A stretch of DNA of 63,455 bases, counting the filler, from Sphacelaria rigidula (lineage: Eukaryota), in assembly GCA_964200075.2 (NCBI GenBank). It is 7 parts of 7 records of this genome, joined end to end, with 100 filler letters (N's around TTAATTAATTAA, not from the genome) between each part and the next. Parts side by side here need not be neighbours in the genome. Positions count along the whole stretch, not along the records: positions 36,321 to 45,299 come from CAXNAA020009598.1; positions 45,400 to 54,377 come from CAXNAA020009599.1; 5 more parts are not named here. One strand, 5' to 3'. The translations under genes and the position numbers were made by a program. Of the stretch, positions 37,391 through 48,177 are shown piece after piece (position 1 is the first letter of the stretch; the number at the start of each line of letters is the position of its first letter). The notes beneath the pieces were generated by a model that was not told where the DNA came from, ran no database searches, and saw only the letters and a program-made list of their open reading frames with translations.

Positions 37391-37640
37391 CTACGAGCTG
37401 GGCCATCTTAATAGCGGGTAAAAGTTACTCACACCACAGCTTGCCCAGTTTCCCGAATGAACCCGATGTAAGCATATCACTGTGAAGTGTAGACCAATCT
37501 GGTAACACACGGCACCGCCGCTGAATGAAAGAAAAATTGAAAAAAAAATGTACTGCATAACGTATGACCTTAGCGACGGACGGAAAAAAAAAAAAAACTG
37601 TCGGGATTCGAACTCATGACCTCCATAACTGTCTCCCATC
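37391..37640 (-). repeat. Dispersed repeat homologous to 1-263 (+), with B-box/T-run and a GGCCCAGCTCGTAG end
   Basis: The reverse complement aligns with 22-263 (tcgaatcc..T-run..ccgtcg.t.aggtcata...ggccca.ctcgtag). Confidence 0.7.
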
Positions 37641-38984
37641 ACTTAATAATGCCAATAACTTTTTTTTTTTAATCTTTTTCTTCGCTGCTCATGTGATCTT
37701 CTGCATTTCGGTAATTAAAAGCTGCTGTCAAAATTTCAGCGTCCAACTCCTAATATCGCGCCGTGCGTAGCCTGGGCGAGATTCACACCTACTCTTGGCT
37801 GGCCCAGCCCGTACGAAATTCTCAACATCTGTCGCGCTCTGTAGTACAGACTTACGTTCGCGTCTAGTAGCTCGCATCACCTTGATCGCGATCAATTCTT
37901 TCTCTCGTCATCACTACGAAGACAAGGGTGATATCAATCTAGCATGCCAGAGGCAGCGCTCGAGAGTAAATCAGGCACAGGCAGGTGAATGCTTATCCAT
38001 CGATCGTGAATTACGAAAACGCATCAATGTCTCGGGGATAGGGGGCTACCAATCTACTGGACTGCGAAACAACGCATCACAGCACAACGTCGCGGTCATC
38101 ATGTTTGGGATCCGAATGGTTTCTACATGACATACTCAAGTAGATGACGAGAGGGTTCTTTGTCAATAGTGGGTGGGGAATTAGGGAGGGCATCAACCAT
38201 AACAATGCATACATGTGACGTTCCAAGGCACTGATGTACCCCTGTCGTGTTATCGGTTGACTCTTTGCTTATTGATCTACAATATGATTGCGGTGTCCTC
38301 AGGATGTGCTTTGGTACATGCTCGATCGAGACTGTGTCCTTGGGTTTCATTGCTTCGGTGTTTTCCTTTCTCCCTAAGATTTCTCGCTTTATCTCTACAT
38401 TTCTCTTCCTCCCTCCCTCCTTCCCTCCCTCTCTCTGTGTAGCTTCTTCTCTCCTCTCAGTGTTGCAGTATACAGCAGCAATTCAGTGGCTTAACTTCGG
38501 CAGGTCCCCTGAGAGCTCATGCCCAAATAGGTCGGTCCGAAATAGCTGAGCCGCGATCCACCACCACGATCGTTTTGTTTTGTGTTGTTTTTACCGCATA
38601 TTATGCCAATTTTTTTCGGGCACAGTTTTGAATATGAATTCATGCTGCAGGGGCTGACCTGCGTTATTGCTGTTATTACTATCGTATTCTCATTATTATA
38701 TATTCGCCTTTCCTATTTTTTTAATGGGGTTTCTCTCCTTTTCCTTTCCCGCTAGGTTTTTGATTTATTTTTTTATCTTTAATTTTACTCTGTTTGTTTT
38801 GTCTTATTTTTTCCAGCTTCATTTCTTTTCAGCGAGCGTTTCAATACTATCCACATTGGCCACGTCTATCTTGTGAACCCGGGTGGATCCCTGGGTGATC
38901 TGTTATAATGTGCGTCATCCATACCAATCGAAACAAATCAGATCAATCAATCAATCAACCAAGCAACCAATCAATCAATCAATC

Positions 38985-39480
38985 CAAGGCACTAAACCTT
39001 ACGACCAACGGGTTTAGACAGGATTTTCGAGCGAAAACAGCACTAGTAGAAGTATGTTTGATACAGTACATGGAGGTTCCCCTTCGCTTCGTCGGGTTCA
39101 AGCCAACTTTGATCTATGATGCCGGGCAATACATCGGGGCTGTTCAATCCAAGTTTGATCTAGGGGATCGGGACTCACCATCATGCATAGAACTTCCAAA
39201 CCAAGGGCAATCATGTAACGATGCCAGTATGGCATTATGAGTATATGATGCTAATGAAATCATGTTCCAAGCTGCCATTTACCGTACGCCACCTACGGGT
39301 TGTAAGAGGATTTTGAAGATAATGTGATAATGAAAAGCAAACTTATGTTCGGAGCTGATGTGATAGGGGTCAACCCAGGAGAGAGCTACGTTGGGCCCAC
39401 TCGAAGAAGGATAGATCGATGTTGCCTGGGTTCACGATCGTGTCCCCGCGGCTACAGGCCAAGGCACACGTCGAACGGGA
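38985..39480 (+). pseudogene. Possible KDZ (Kyakuja-Dileera-Zisupton)-type transposase remnant
   Basis: Frameshifted fragments LIYDAGQY ... MPVWH ... FGADVIGVNPGE/RELRWAH, in the order of KDZ YDxxCQ ... xPxFH ... GxGxxDGExxExxW. Recall-based. Confidence 0.3.
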
Positions 39481-41211
39481 AGAGGTATGTTCGTCGTCCC
39501 TTGCAGTATAGACTCTGCAGAGGCACTGGTGTGTTTGAACCCTTTGCCCTTGCCTAGTACGGTTGCATACAGTAGCACCTTTAGCCACGGGAGGGGAGCA
39601 CGAACAAACGTCGCAGACAGCGGATTGAGAGGAGATTGTAGAGACAGATGGGCTTCGATCAAGATACGTCCGGACTTGAGTCTGCTTCGATCCTATACGC
39701 ATTCACGCTTGTGCGTGCAGTTTGTTTGGGGCTGCGTGACATAAAGTCAAAATCTCAAGTCAAATCTCTTTTCAGTACACTTGCACAGACAGGGCCTTCG
39801 TGTGTGCTCTTTTTCCCCTGTACTGGGGGTTACATAAAGGAGCGCCGTGTCTCGGGAGCGGTGCTGTACAGCAGCGCGATCACTGGGCAATGGGGGTGGA
39901 GATGGGGTTATCTAGAGCTTGATTAGGATACGCTACGTGCTGCATAAACCGTTGAACCCCTGTGGGTTGTCAGGTTGTCGCGAGGAAGTTTTGTAGGCTG
40001 CGAAACAATATCAAATCTCGGTCACGATACTAACACAGGAAAGAAGGGTACGAGTATCACCCCGACATGTACAGACAGTGCTTTACTCTACAGGCAGTAT
40101 AATAGCAATCCAGGACTGCACAACAACCCTCTCAGTGCAGGACAGCACCGCGAGATACTTTCGCAGGCACGCAGCACGTTCCAAGAGGTTGCTTCCCCTG
40201 CCATACCGCACACGTTTGCCATCGCATCTGCGTTCCCTCCTACCAGGGTCCAGGTTTTCGAGGCTTGTCGGAATTGATGAGTTCCCCTTCCCCCTCACTC
40301 CCCCACCGTTGCTGATTTCAGTTTGACACTCGCTTTTGACCCAGTTCGAGATATTACTATACTGTATTTTACCTTGGTACCTCACCACTCGCGAAGCGCA
40401 ACAAAACTGTGCTGTTGTACTTAGTACAGATTGTGAAGCAGTACAGTACAGAGGCGCAGTCGTACAAGAGTAACTATACAGTCATTTTCATTAGTTTTTT
40501 AAAACAATGTCACCGTTCGACAGGAAGATTTAAGCCTCCGACTGTGAGCTGTGTTGTGATGCTGGTAGGTGTAACCCCATATCAAGAGGAGTACAGACGG
40601 ACGTGTGAGCTAAGAGAGTACCGTGCTGTGCTGTACGGGTACTGACTTGACCTCGTTAACAGGAGAAATGCGTCCACCGACAAACGGGATAGTTTTGCGC
40701 CAGAGCATGCAAAACCAGCCGCATGCTACTTTGAAGAAAAAAAACAGCCACAAATGTCAAGTCTATTCTTGCGACCTTAACCTACGTGTGTATACGCGCC
40801 ACAGCGCAACAACTTCACACTTCGCCATGCTGCTCGCTGTTGCGATACTGCAGTGTATCGCAGTGCTGTGCTGTTCTGAATCATATTCGTGTGCGTGGGT
40901 GGGTGTTATTCCGGCCGTATCCTGCTCCATCGGGCCTGTCTTGTTCATGCCTTGACGCCGAGAGCCACTGTTGTGCCATACGTCGCGGCCAGGCAGGCTA
41001 GCGTAGACGAAGAAAGAAGGATCAGAGTGAGGAGCGGAGTCCCTCCCCCCCTCTATTGTCGATCGCGAATTGTGTCCCCAAGATTTCGTTTTGCCTTTTT
41101 GGTTGAGGTAGTTGGGCCCTGTCTTAGCACATGGGTTTTCGATTGAAAAAGTGCGGTGGAAAATAACAAATCCTGATCTGACAGGTCGTGATTTCAACCA
41201 TCGTAAATAAC

Positions 41212-41418
41212 CAGGGCTCTCTACGTTTCACGTCACAACTTAACGTCACACGTCACAAAATTCGTTACACGCGGAGCCCTGTGTAAAGTCGAATCAAATT
41301 AAGCGTCGGGCCTGGCGAGTACTACGGTGGGGGATAACGTAGGCCCCTTCCGTCCTACTAGCCTGGCTTAACTTGTGACGTGTAACGAATTTTGTAACGT
41401 GTAACGTGAAGAGCCCTG
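41212..41418. mobile_element. hAT-type MITE with 8-bp TSD, containing a 5S rRNA-like fragment
   Basis: TAAATAAC|CAGGGCTCT...AGAGCCCTG|TAAATAAC, a perfect TSD. Confidence 0.9.
41296..41343 (+). pseudogene. 5S rRNA-derived fragment (internal control region)
   Basis: AAATTAAGCGTCGGGCCTGGCGAGTACTACGGTGGGGGATAACGTAGG resembles 5S AGTTAAGC..GTCGGGCC.GG..AGTACTACGGTGGGGGACCACGTGGG. The 5' half of 5S is absent. Confidence 0.7.
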
Positions 41419-41450
41419 TAAATAACGATAATTACGGTGGTTGAAATTAC

Positions 41451-42296
41451 CACAGGCAACGTAGGTAAGGTAGGTACCCGGTACCGGTATTTGGGACATC
41501 TCATACCCTACCGATACAGGTCCAATCCGGTATTTTCAAAACATACCTACGATACCACGGTATTTCGAGATTTCAGCACCTACCGTACTTGCCAACTCCG
41601 GTATTTTGAAATGTCATACCTACGATACCTGCGATACCACGGTATTTCGAATTTTCAATACCTACCGTACCCGCCAAATCCGGTATTCTCACAACTCATA
41701 CCTACGATACCTACGATACCACGGTATTTCGAGATTTCAATACCTACCGTACTGGTCCAATCCGGTATTTTCATAAGCCATGCCTACGATACCTACAATA
41801 TCTACGATACCAGGGTATTTCGAGATGTCAATACCTACCGTTCCGGCCCAATCTGGTATTTTGAAATGTCATACCTACGATACCTACGCATACCACGGTA
41901 TGGGATACCCTGGTGAATACCGGGGGTACGCTCGGTACAGTACCTTACGTACGATGCCTGTGAAAACTTCGACTGCCCAATTTGCACCCAGATCTGAAAC
42001 GCTTCGCACCGCCAGATGACAGTTTTGAATTCGGTATAGAGGGTAAGGCAGGTACCCGGTAACGGTATTTGGGACATCGCATACCCTACCGATACGGACC
42101 CAATCCGGTATTTTGAAATGTCATACCTACGATACCTACGATACCACGGTATTTGGAAATTTCAATACCTACCGTACCCGCCCAATCCAGTATTGTGAAA
42201 TGTCATATCTACGATACCTACGCATACCACGGTATGGGATACCCTGGTGAATACCGGGGGTAAGCTCGGTACGGTACCTTACCTACGGTGCCTGTG
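41451..42296. mobile_element. P-element-like (CANRG termini, 8-bp TSD) non-autonomous element with minisatellite arrays
   Basis: GAAATTAC|CACAGGCAACGTAGGTAAGGTA...TACCTTACCTACGGTGCCTGTG|GATATTAC; an extra internal right end at 41962. Confidence 0.75.
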
Positions 42297-42605
42297 GATA
42301 TTACGACCTATCAGGTCAGGATTTTTGTTTTCCACCGCACTTTTTCGACCGAAGACTCATGTGCTAAGACAGGCCCTTACACCGGACCATGACGCATGGT
42401 GATCTCATTCACACCAAGCGATGGTGCTATGTCCCGAAGCCTGCCACGACGTCGTGCCCACCAGCTATACGGCTTGCAGTGGGTTCACATGCACGGTCCT
42501 CGTGGGAATCGGCAGCGGCTGTGATAACTAGTGACCCTCTGGTATTTGTTTCTCAGCTGTGTATGTCATGTGTTGTCATGGGTATCTCATTCTAATGAAT
42601 CTCAG

Positions 42606-43373
42606 GAGGAGCGCCGGTTAGCAGAAGAGAAGAAGAAAGAAGGAGAGCGGCAACAGAGGCAGAAGGATGAGGCTGAGGCCGAAGCTAGCGCCAAGAAAGA
42701 CAGAGAGCGAGTCAAAACAAGGGACGATGCGGCGCGACGAGATAAGGTACTGTACTGTACCCTAATTTATTGCTTATTGATTAACTAACTATCGCGCGTC
42801 GAGCCGCTCCGCTACGCATCCAGCCGTGGTCGTGAGATGGATGAACCCAAGGGTAACAAACCGGAAACACTCGCTAAAGTGAGCGTGTGGCTCAGTACTT
42901 CAGGTATATCGCTATACTCTGAGTAAGATTGCAGTCGATATCCCAGGTACCCGATTCGTGAATGTACCCGGACCTGCAATTACCCTGATCATCCGAGGTA
43001 CCATCGGGTACCATACCCTATCCTGACCCTATCCTGACCCCCCCTATGGCATCTTGACACGCAGGCTCACGTGACCAGCGCTAGAACAGCGGCCCAGGCC
43101 GCAAGCAAAGGCAAGAAAAGAGCCGTGGCACCGCCGGTATCAAAGAAGCCGAGCAAGCCGGTGACCTTCAACACTGTCGCCGGACGAGGGCAAAAGAGGA
43201 CTGCGCCAGAATCGCCCGTACCCCTTCCGGCAACGAAGAAGAAGTCCCCCGTGCGAGGTCTTGCCTCCGCCTCGACCGCTCCTGGTGGTGCTGCGCTAGA
43301 GCAGAAGAGCCTAATGGAGAATCTCAAGAGGGGGCCGACGTCCAGGCACAGAAACGCGTTCAAGTTGCCTCAG
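42606..43373 (+). CDS. Short-intron gene fragment encoding a charged coiled-coil plus Lys/Pro-rich basic region (exons ~42606-42746, ~42803-42878, 43065-43373)
   Basis: ctcag|EERRLAEEKKKEGERQQRQK...RRDK|gtactg and cgcag|AHVTSARTAAQAASKGKKR...FKLPQ|gtgcgt. The middle-exon acceptor is weak (gag). Confidence 0.5.
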
Positions 43374-43752
43374 GTGCGTGTTGGCGGTGCTGCGTCAGGA
43401 CGGGAAAAGCAGGTGTTTCAAGGTTGTATCAGAAGAACGAACAGCGCGTCTTGTATGTTGTGGTGCTTGATATAGCCCTTCGGCTGCTGCCTGCTGCTGC
43501 CATGGAGCGTCCATTTTCGTCTGTTTGTGACCTTTTTCGCCCCGGTGGTGTAATGGTCCGACTGTCGCCATTAGGGTGGAGAGAACGGGGGTTCGATCCG
43601 CGAGGCGTTGGGTTTTTTCTTCGTAATGTACGATTGATTTCCACCGTGGAAAGCGTGAGAACTTGAGTAGACAAAGTAGTCGACTGGATTTAGACGACGG
43701 ATTCGTCCCGAGGAAGGGGAGGGGTTGAAAATGTGCAAAAACAAAGCGAAAG

Positions 43753-44715
43753 GGGGGATAGAGGGGGGGGCGTACTCATGATATTGCATGCTGTAGTCCT
43801 GACCGCTGACCTCGCATCATTGCAACGCCGGGACGGAGCACGCTGGGCTTTCGCCGGACCGGGCTCGCAATCAATCACCAAGCGCGAAGCACCGTGGTGT
43901 GTTCGGCGAATCGTATGCGGGGTGACCTCCATCCTGCTGAGATTGCTCGGTCCGAAGCGTACTGATTATCTTGCATACGTATGACAGCCTCGGATGAGTT
44001 GCTTCATTTTCTGGTATCGCCACTTCCAGAGACAGCCACGGGTTGCACTGCCTCAATGATGTCTCGCCATCTGAACACTGCGTGGTACGACCATTCCCAT
44101 TGTGCCGAGTTGAGGTTCTCCCACGCCGCACAACATGATCTACAGTAGTGGGCGGTCCAACTCTTTAGGGGTGTTTGGAGGTTTTCCTCGCGTACTACTT
44201 TTCGATAGAACTCGAAATTACCAGCGTCGGTAGATTTTGGTACAACAAAAATCATCCTCAAGACACAGTGCCCAAGTCAGTCTCAGTTGGTGTTTTAGGG
44301 CGAAACGAGTAAATACCCCGTTCATCAGGAGGGTGTTATTGACCGTGAAGCACAGTTTTTCGACCCTGGTGCACTGAGTAGGCAAAGTTTCAAAAAAAAT
44401 AAACTGTACATATCTCCACAAATATTATCGGGACGGGCTGGATCGACCGAAAATACAGAAGAGTGAGAATCTGGGCTGAATCGTGGCAGGATCCCCAATG
44501 ACCGGTCAGCCCGTAAGTCACTCGATATTGAGTACAGATGATTTTTTCTTCTTTTCATGTGGAGCGGATACAAATATCTTGAGATCCCCGATGTGATAAG
44601 GGGTGGTAAGTGAAGAGAGCCCAAGAAAACCGCCAGTTACGAAAAAATCACAAAATGCCACAAAATAAATAATTCAGACCGCCCACTACTGTAGCTCGAC
44701 TACCATCATGGTTAC
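43753..44715 (-). mobile_element. 5'-truncated LINE family B copy interrupted by a Tc1/mariner MITE; further B copies at 36142-36220 and 54478-54712
   Basis: Aligns to 21520-21930 on both sides of the MITE; ends CATGAGTACGCCCCCCCC. Confidence 0.8.
44143..44691. mobile_element. Tc1/mariner-type MITE
   Basis: TIR CAGTAGTGGGCGGTC...GACCGCCCACTACTG flanked by TA. The empty site atcTAgctcgac is visible in the paralogous LINE copy at ~21905. Confidence 0.9.
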
Positions 44716-47700
44716 CGCTAAGAAATAATGCGAACAAGGAGGACAAGGAATAATAACTGCTCAGAATAACCGAATCCACGGTGTTTTAGGCCTGGTCTTT
44801 TGACCGCGGGTCTGAAAATATCTCTACGCAAATTTTCAAGGGTAGGTCGAGTAGAGTATACTCACTACTCAGTATTTTTGAAAAAGTCATACTTTTAGTG
44901 CTCAAAGTCTGAGTAAATTATTTGAGGTCGTACTCAATCTACTCAATTCTTTTGACCGCGGGTCAAAAAACATATCTACGCAAATTTTGCGCCGTTCCAC
45001 GGTGACAGAGGTGCGCGTAACTTGGATGCAATGCTGAAAGCAAGGCCAGCAGCATGATTTATTTGATTCGTACCGTACGAATCAATTGCACTAAAAGCAG
45101 ATCATTCTCAGATAATCATGATTCGTCTGGTCCTATGATGGTCCCCGTCTCACGCGTTGAGTTCGAGTTTTCTACGGCGAACGTTTCCGTGTTGTTGCCC
45201 TGGATACGCGTGTGGAGTATCTAATGACCATGACTGGGTTCGTGAGGGGGGGGGGACAGTTGGTGTGAGACGACGGTGATGATTTTGGTTGGTTTGGCAN
45301 NNNNNNNNNNNNNNNNNNNNNNNNNNNNNNNNNNNNNNNNNNNTTAATTAATTAANNNNNNNNNNNNNNNNNNNNNNNNNNNNNNNNNNNNNNNNNNNNG
45401 TTTTCTAGTGGCGGTCCCCGCTATATGTACAGTGGCAGTCTGTACATTTGTCCAGGTTTTGGTGGCTTGTTTTACAGCGCCATTGCCACTCAACGCCATC
45501 TCAAGAGTCTAGATGTGAGGGGAAACTATCGTATGGTTCGATCGATTTCTTTTTTTTGTAGCGCCTACTGAATATTTTTTTCGGAAGCTTGATACGAATA
45601 ATCAGGGTTAGAAGGAATAACTATAATCATTGTCCCACTAGACCAATGACTGTCTGTCTTTGCGAGTTTTCGTTACTTTTACGGGGGATTCAGTCACTGG
45701 TTCCCAATAGAATATGTGTCTATGTGCGACACCTCACTACTCCATGCGCGTGCGTGCGCGAGAAGTAACAACTCCGACATGAAGAGGAGACTTGGGTTTG
45801 CTCTGTATCGCAGTTGCAAATCAGTTGATCTGTGACGACGGCCGTCACGAGCAAAGGTCGCACTTCACAGTTGATTGAGTTATTCTTGGAGTGTATTGAA
45901 TGACGCAAAGAGTCACCTTCGCGAAGGGACAGTACGTACGACGTATTGAGGAGGGGATCCAGCCTCTAAATATTCGATTGCTAGGTAGGTGAATTTGCGG
46001 CGTCTGCGCGCCACTAAAATGGGTTTCATCCCGGCAGGTCCGGGTGTTCTCAGTCGATGCTTGGTGCTGCAGTGTTGTGGACGATTTGCCAGTTGGTTGA
46101 TGCTGAGCTGGACCAAGGGAGGGTGCTTGATAGAACAAGTTATTCCCACTTACATCTATGGGTATGGAACGAAGATATCGGGCTATGTGGCGGGGGATTA
46201 TTTTCCGGGGGGGGGGGATTTCAAGTGTACGGATGTGAGTATCTGCTTTCAGTTTAGTGGTTAGATTTTCGTATACCAGCGCGAGGAATTTACGCATGCC
46301 CACGACCTCACTCAGCTATCCTGTTCGACTTGCCTTTTTCTCTTACATGATGCGACGGCTCACACGAGTCGCGGGTGCGTTCAGTATTATATCCTATGTG
46401 GCGGAACGCTTGGTCTTGTATGTACTACGCTGCCCCGCAGCTGTACGTGATACTCTGCAGAGCCAATTGAACATGTCTGCTCTCGAAGTTCTGGAAACTC
46501 TTTTTTTGCTCACTACGAGCTCATCACTGAGATACTGGGCAATCCCGTCTGAGTCCAGATAATATCAACACGCTAGCGTGATTGTCGATAGCCTGGTATG
46601 GATCAGTTTCTCTCATGACTGATGAAAGAAGGACGAAGTAAAATTGTAGACCACGAAGTTTCTCGGGGCAACAACGTCGTTCATGTTCTTCAATGGCCGT
46701 ACAGGTGGTGATTCAGGAGAGTCACGAATAAATCGGCGGGGAAAGATTGCAGATAAAACCGTTGCTAGGGTACAACCATCGGTGGATAAAAGGCACTGCA
46801 ACACTGCTCAGGATGTAGTGGGAGACGAAGGACCGACAAATCGAAGGGCTGTACGGGTGGTACAGGATATTCTGCGTCTGACCTTGGGTTAGGCCACATT
46901 CCCACCTCACACATGGACTATGGTGCAAGTAAACCACGCTCGGGTTGGAATATCTAGAATGTGAGCAACCAGGGGAAGGAGCGCAAGCTACGATCGAGAC
47001 CGTTTCTACGCTCGAGACCGTTTCAGACATGTACGTCTCAAGTGCGTTATGTGGTGCTGTAGGAGGTGTAAGGTACCACTCGGCAGTTGATGTGTGATAT
47101 ACTCGCATGTTGTCCGAGCCTGCTAGCGGCGGTCCGTTAGATATGGTGCAACAGCATGACAGCAGAGTACTTGAGAACAAACATATGGGTTTAACTGAAA
47201 TAATATATTTATGATCCTAATATTATTTTAAGAGAGAAAATTTAGCGCATGCTGGTATGTATGATTCAGTCAAGCTTTTTCGAGGCATCTCCCTCCTCAA
47301 GTGCACCCTCACGGTGAGGGTGCCTTGTGTGCTTCGAGAGTAAGCCGGCAACTGTGCATGCACGCAAAGGCTGAGTAACGGGTTTCGCCGAATTTTACAT
47401 CGGATAAGACGACTAGGGACCTGATCCAGCGATCCCAATCTCCGTCTGTCGCCTAGGATACGTTGATCAATAATAATTACACGAACATTACGGGTGCCAT
47501 TTTCGATGTTGCGGAGAATTTTCACCGCCCAACGTATGATCCAGGATCTCATCCTGACGAGTTCCATGTAATGTTTGAAAGGTCAAGCAGTTTGCTCGGA
47601 GCCAGAACCAAAGGTGGCGATCTGCTTCACAAGCTTTTGCCCTGCCTCCTTCTCCTACCACTGATGTGCGAGGTACACTTCACGTGGAGCAATACTTCAC

Positions 47701-47970
47701 GGCAGATCGCTCGTCAGGCGGTGGGGGGTGGCCATTGTAGTGTAGTTCAATGAAATGCGCGGGGGAGGGCAGGATGAGACACAACCGTGCGCTCTCGGGA
47801 GTTAGCGGTCAGACTTCGCCTGGTTTGATGTGGATCATAAGCCGTTGGAATCGGCAGAGATTTGCGTAGTTCAGGTAAATACGGCAACCGCTACGATGTC
47901 CAACCTCGAGGAGCCGAACGTAGGGAGGAGGGTTCTGATGGAAAACACTATTTCAGGTATACAGTACGAG

Positions 47971-48177
47971 TAGAGAGTTTCGGAAAACGATTTGTTTTTG
48001 TCACGTCAGAGTGCAAATATCTCAGGATCAGAGTGTAACAAAAATTTAGATCTCCCTCCGTAAAATGTGGTATCCCCTGAACGTTTTTTTTATGAGTTTT
48101 TTTTCTATTCTTCACCCTGATCCTGAGATATTTATACTCTGAAGTGACAAAAACAAAGCGTTTTCCGAAACTCTCTA
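47971..48177. mobile_element. MITE with ~70-bp inverted arms (TAG termini, hAT-like); related diverged ends at ~20430-20647
   Basis: TAGAGAGTTTCGGAAAAC...GTTTTCCGAAACTCTCTA; TSD unclear. Confidence 0.8.

Larger units (their letters stand above)
41115..42376. mobile_element. PIF/Harbinger(Tourist)-like foldback MITE hosting two nested insertions
   Basis: ggccctgtcttagcacatg... / ...catgtgctaagacaggccc arms; flanks ttg/tta. Confidence 0.7.

Noticed and set aside
41480-41940. CRISPR-like array
   Set aside because: The units repeat in full with no unique spacers, the context is eukaryotic with no cas genes, and the array is bounded by TIRs and a TSD.
43539-43615. Functional tRNA genes (also 52064, 22682, 5850-5921, 7190-7270)
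   Set aside because: A/B boxes are present, but the acceptor and anticodon stems do not close and the heads continue into shared SINE bodies.
45800-47760. Plavaka-type transposase
   Set aside because: Only a vague resemblance (LDRSLRSFP, NPLL); the catalytic motifs were not recoverable.
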